Shown: positions 59,530 through 64,000 of the stretch, in pieces
Numbering within the stretch: the stretch's first letter is position 1
Layout of the letters: each line of letters begins with the position of its first letter
Assembly: GCF_009914755.1 (NCBI RefSeq)
Contig: NC_060925.1
DNA length: 64,000 bases
Direction: 5' to 3' (one strand)
Source of the DNA: the human T2T-CHM13v2.0 reference genome, Homo sapiens
Notes under the pieces: model-generated
Databases searched by the model: none
What the model saw: only the letters and a program-made list of their open reading frames with translations
What the model was told of the DNA's origin: nothing
Program-made: the position numbers and the translations under genes

Positions 59530-60230
59530 GAAACAGGAATCCTTTCCTCACTCTGCTTGCATACCATTGGTGATGGGGAGCTCACCACCTCTGAAGGCAC
59601 TCTGATTCACTGTGGGAAAGTTCTGATAGCCACAGAGCTGGTTCTCAGGCCCCTGTTATCTCCATGGGTGCCAGTTCTGCCCTTGGAGCCAGGCAGGGTT
59701 ATACCACTGTTCCTGCCTCTGCCCTTTTGAGTCTTCTCTTCTGCAAGATCAGTATCCCCAGTTCCTCACTATCCTTTACCCTCCACAAACTGGACTCTGG
59801 TCTCTCCCTGTCTCCTCAAATGTACGACAACCAGAGTTGAGCACAACCCTCCAGCTATCACCTCCCTCATCGTCAACCTGTACCTCTACAGACTCAGCCT
59901 GAGACCACAATCATTTGGGGCAACCATCTCAATGTGCAATGAACCTTCAGCCAAAATCTCTTTCATGCAAAAAATTTTAATTTTACATCCATCCGTAGAG
60001 GGGTTAGTCCATCATCTCATCTGCTTTAGGGGATTTTGGGCTCTTGTTTGGTCATTTAAAATACCAGCCACTGCATCTAGTTTTGGGTCACCTGCAAATC
60101 GAATAAGCATGTCTTCTGCACCTTTAACCCAGCTGTTGATAGGAATGAGTGGTGATCTTGCCCCAGCCGGCCAGTGTCTCTGGGACCCTGGTTTCTCCAT
60201 CCAATAATGAACAAGGGTGAGATGATGACC
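59530..60230 (-). mobile_element. L3/CR1 LINE fossil including degenerate RT domain
   Basis: minus-strand peptide INSWVKGAEDMLIRFAGDPKLDAVAGILNDQ resembles CR1 RT around KFADDTKL; GGTGATGGGGAGCTCACCACCTC resembles the L3 3' region. Confidence 0.75.
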
Positions 60231-60827
60231 TGCATCAAGACATCCCATGGACTACATGTCAGACACTATCCTAAGCCCTTTACAAACACCAAGACATTGA
60301 ATTCTTCACACCAATTCGATGAGGGAGGTATTGTTAGCATCTTCTCCATTCTGCAGATGAGGAAAACAGGTTTTGCAGGATTTGACCTCAATTCTGACTG
60401 CACCCAATCCGATGCTTTAGCCAGCATGGGTTATTCTCGGGAAGATCTCTGATGTGACCTAGAATAGAGCCGGCAGACCCACCAACAGAGCTGTCCTCAC
60501 AAGCAGGAGTGCTACATGGCACTCCTTGGGCCCCTCGTAGATCCCCAAGTCCCATGCACGGCTCAGAAGCAGTGGAGGGCTGAAGATATGAGGCCACCTT
60601 CAGAAAGGGACATTAGATGCCTCAGCCATGATCGGGATGAACAGACAACCAAGGGACAACAAATCTTTCCCCTCACTCCCAGGTCTTGACTCTGCTTCAG
60701 AGCAAGGTGCACTTAAAACTTCAAGAGTGACTCAAAGGAGCGTGTTTGCCAGCTCAGTGAAAGTGGGGGCTTGGCGTCAAAACTTCAGGTAGGTTGTGGC
60801 ATGTAAAGGAAGTGATGTTCCTAATTA

Positions 60828-61211
<384 letters not shown>

Positions 61212-61555
61212 TCACCACACTCATACTAGATGCCAGATACTTAAGACACATTCCGTACTCCCCAGGGCCCTATTAAGTAGATACCATGATCAAAGGTGGG
61301 TTTTCAGTGATGCTGAGGACATTTAAACCTTCAGGTCCTCTCACTTGCAGGGGCCCTTCCCAGACCCTGCAGGGGAAGTGTTTCCCTTTTGGAATTTGTA
61401 AGAGAGCCCTCCAAACTACAGAAGCTTGAGGCCTTACAAAAGCTTCCCGTTATTACCCCCATTTTAAAACTGAAGGGAAATGTGACACAGGTGAAGCAAG
61501 TTACTCAAGGTGGCAGCACTGGGAGGTAGCGTGGTTAGGACTCAACCCCTTAGAT

Positions 61556-61774
61556 CAGGGGTGTCCAATCTTTTGGCTTCCCTGGGCCACACTGGGAGAA
61601 CTGGATTGTCTTGGGCCACACATAAAATACATTAACACTAATGATAGCTGATGAGCTAAACACACGCACACATGCACACACACACACAAGTCTCATAATG
61701 TTTTAAGAAAATTTACAAATTTGTGTTGGGCTGCATTCAAAGCTGTCCTGGGCCAAGCTTGTTGGACAAGCTTG
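61556..61774. mobile_element. MER30 hAT-Charlie MITE
   Basis: CAGGGGTGTCCAATCTTTTGGCTTCCCTGGGCCAC...TTGGACAAGCTTG; perfect 8-bp TSD CCTTAGAT. Confidence 0.93.
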
Positions 61775-61784
61775 CCTTAGATGA

Positions 61785-62531
<747 letters not shown>

Positions 62532-62564
62532 TAATCATAGAGAAGACCTTCTGTTTTGTTCATC

Positions 62565-62858
<294 letters not shown>

Positions 62859-62967
62859 AAGAAAAGACCTTATTAAATATCACAGAAAAGCCCAAAACCA
62901 TAAAAGAAAATGATGTTTGTATACAAAAAAATTGAACATTTTTTCCTGGTTAAAAAAAAAAACAAAA

Positions 62968-63272
62968 GGTGAGAATGATGGTTTACACCTGTAATTCCAG
63001 CACTTTGGGAGGCCGAGGTGGGCAGATTGCTTGAGCCCAGGAGTTTGAGACCAGCCTGGACAACATGATGAAACCCCATCTCTACAAACAATACAAAAAT
63101 TAGCTGGGCCTAGTGGTGTGTGCCTATAGTCCCAGCTACTTGGGAGGCTGAGGTGGGAGGATCGCTTGAGCCAGGAAATTGAGGCTGCAGTGAGCTGGAA
63201 CCACACCATTGCACTCCAGCCTGGGCAACAGAGCAAGACCCTGTCTCCAAAAAAAAAGGAAAAAGAAAAAAG
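62968..63272 (+). mobile_element. AluJ
   Basis: diverged full Alu. Confidence 0.9.
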
Positions 63273-63279
63273 AAATTCT

Positions 63280-63925
<646 letters not shown>

Positions 63926-64000
63926 GTAACAGTACAATTTCTTTCTTCTTGGTCTCACTCTGTCACTCAGCCTGCCGTGCAGTGGTGTGATCATGGTTCA

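Overview
Primate (human-like) non-coding genomic DNA; I could not identify the locus from sequence alone. No protein-coding exon, RNA gene or CRISPR array can be supported. The longest ORFs are read-throughs of microsatellites or Alus, and the other ORFs have no recognisable protein match. The window is dominated by interspersed repeats: about 40 Alu copies or fragments, many MIR/L2 relics, a young 5'-truncated L1PA, four MST and at least two MLT1 solo LTRs, several DNA-transposon fossils with intact target-site duplications (TSDs), and an L3/CR1 fossil whose reverse-transcriptase motif is still readable. It also has several large homopurine/homopyrimidine tracts. Between the repeats lie unique blocks rich in homeodomain/POU/TCF motifs (candidate developmental enhancers), two near-perfect CTCF cores in divergent orientation and a perfect YY1 site. 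The most distinctive observations are: (i) two of four MST LTRs have independently grown 0.4-0.9 kb pyrimidine tracts at the same internal position; (ii) the divergent CTCF pair plus YY1; (iii) a CpG-retaining HOX/CDX-octamer block at about 2.75-3.15 kb; (iv) a roughly 90%-identical 49-bp duplication 1140 bp apart. I do not find evidence for a new biological system. Repeat subfamily names are from recall of consensus sequences, and coordinates are hand-counted.
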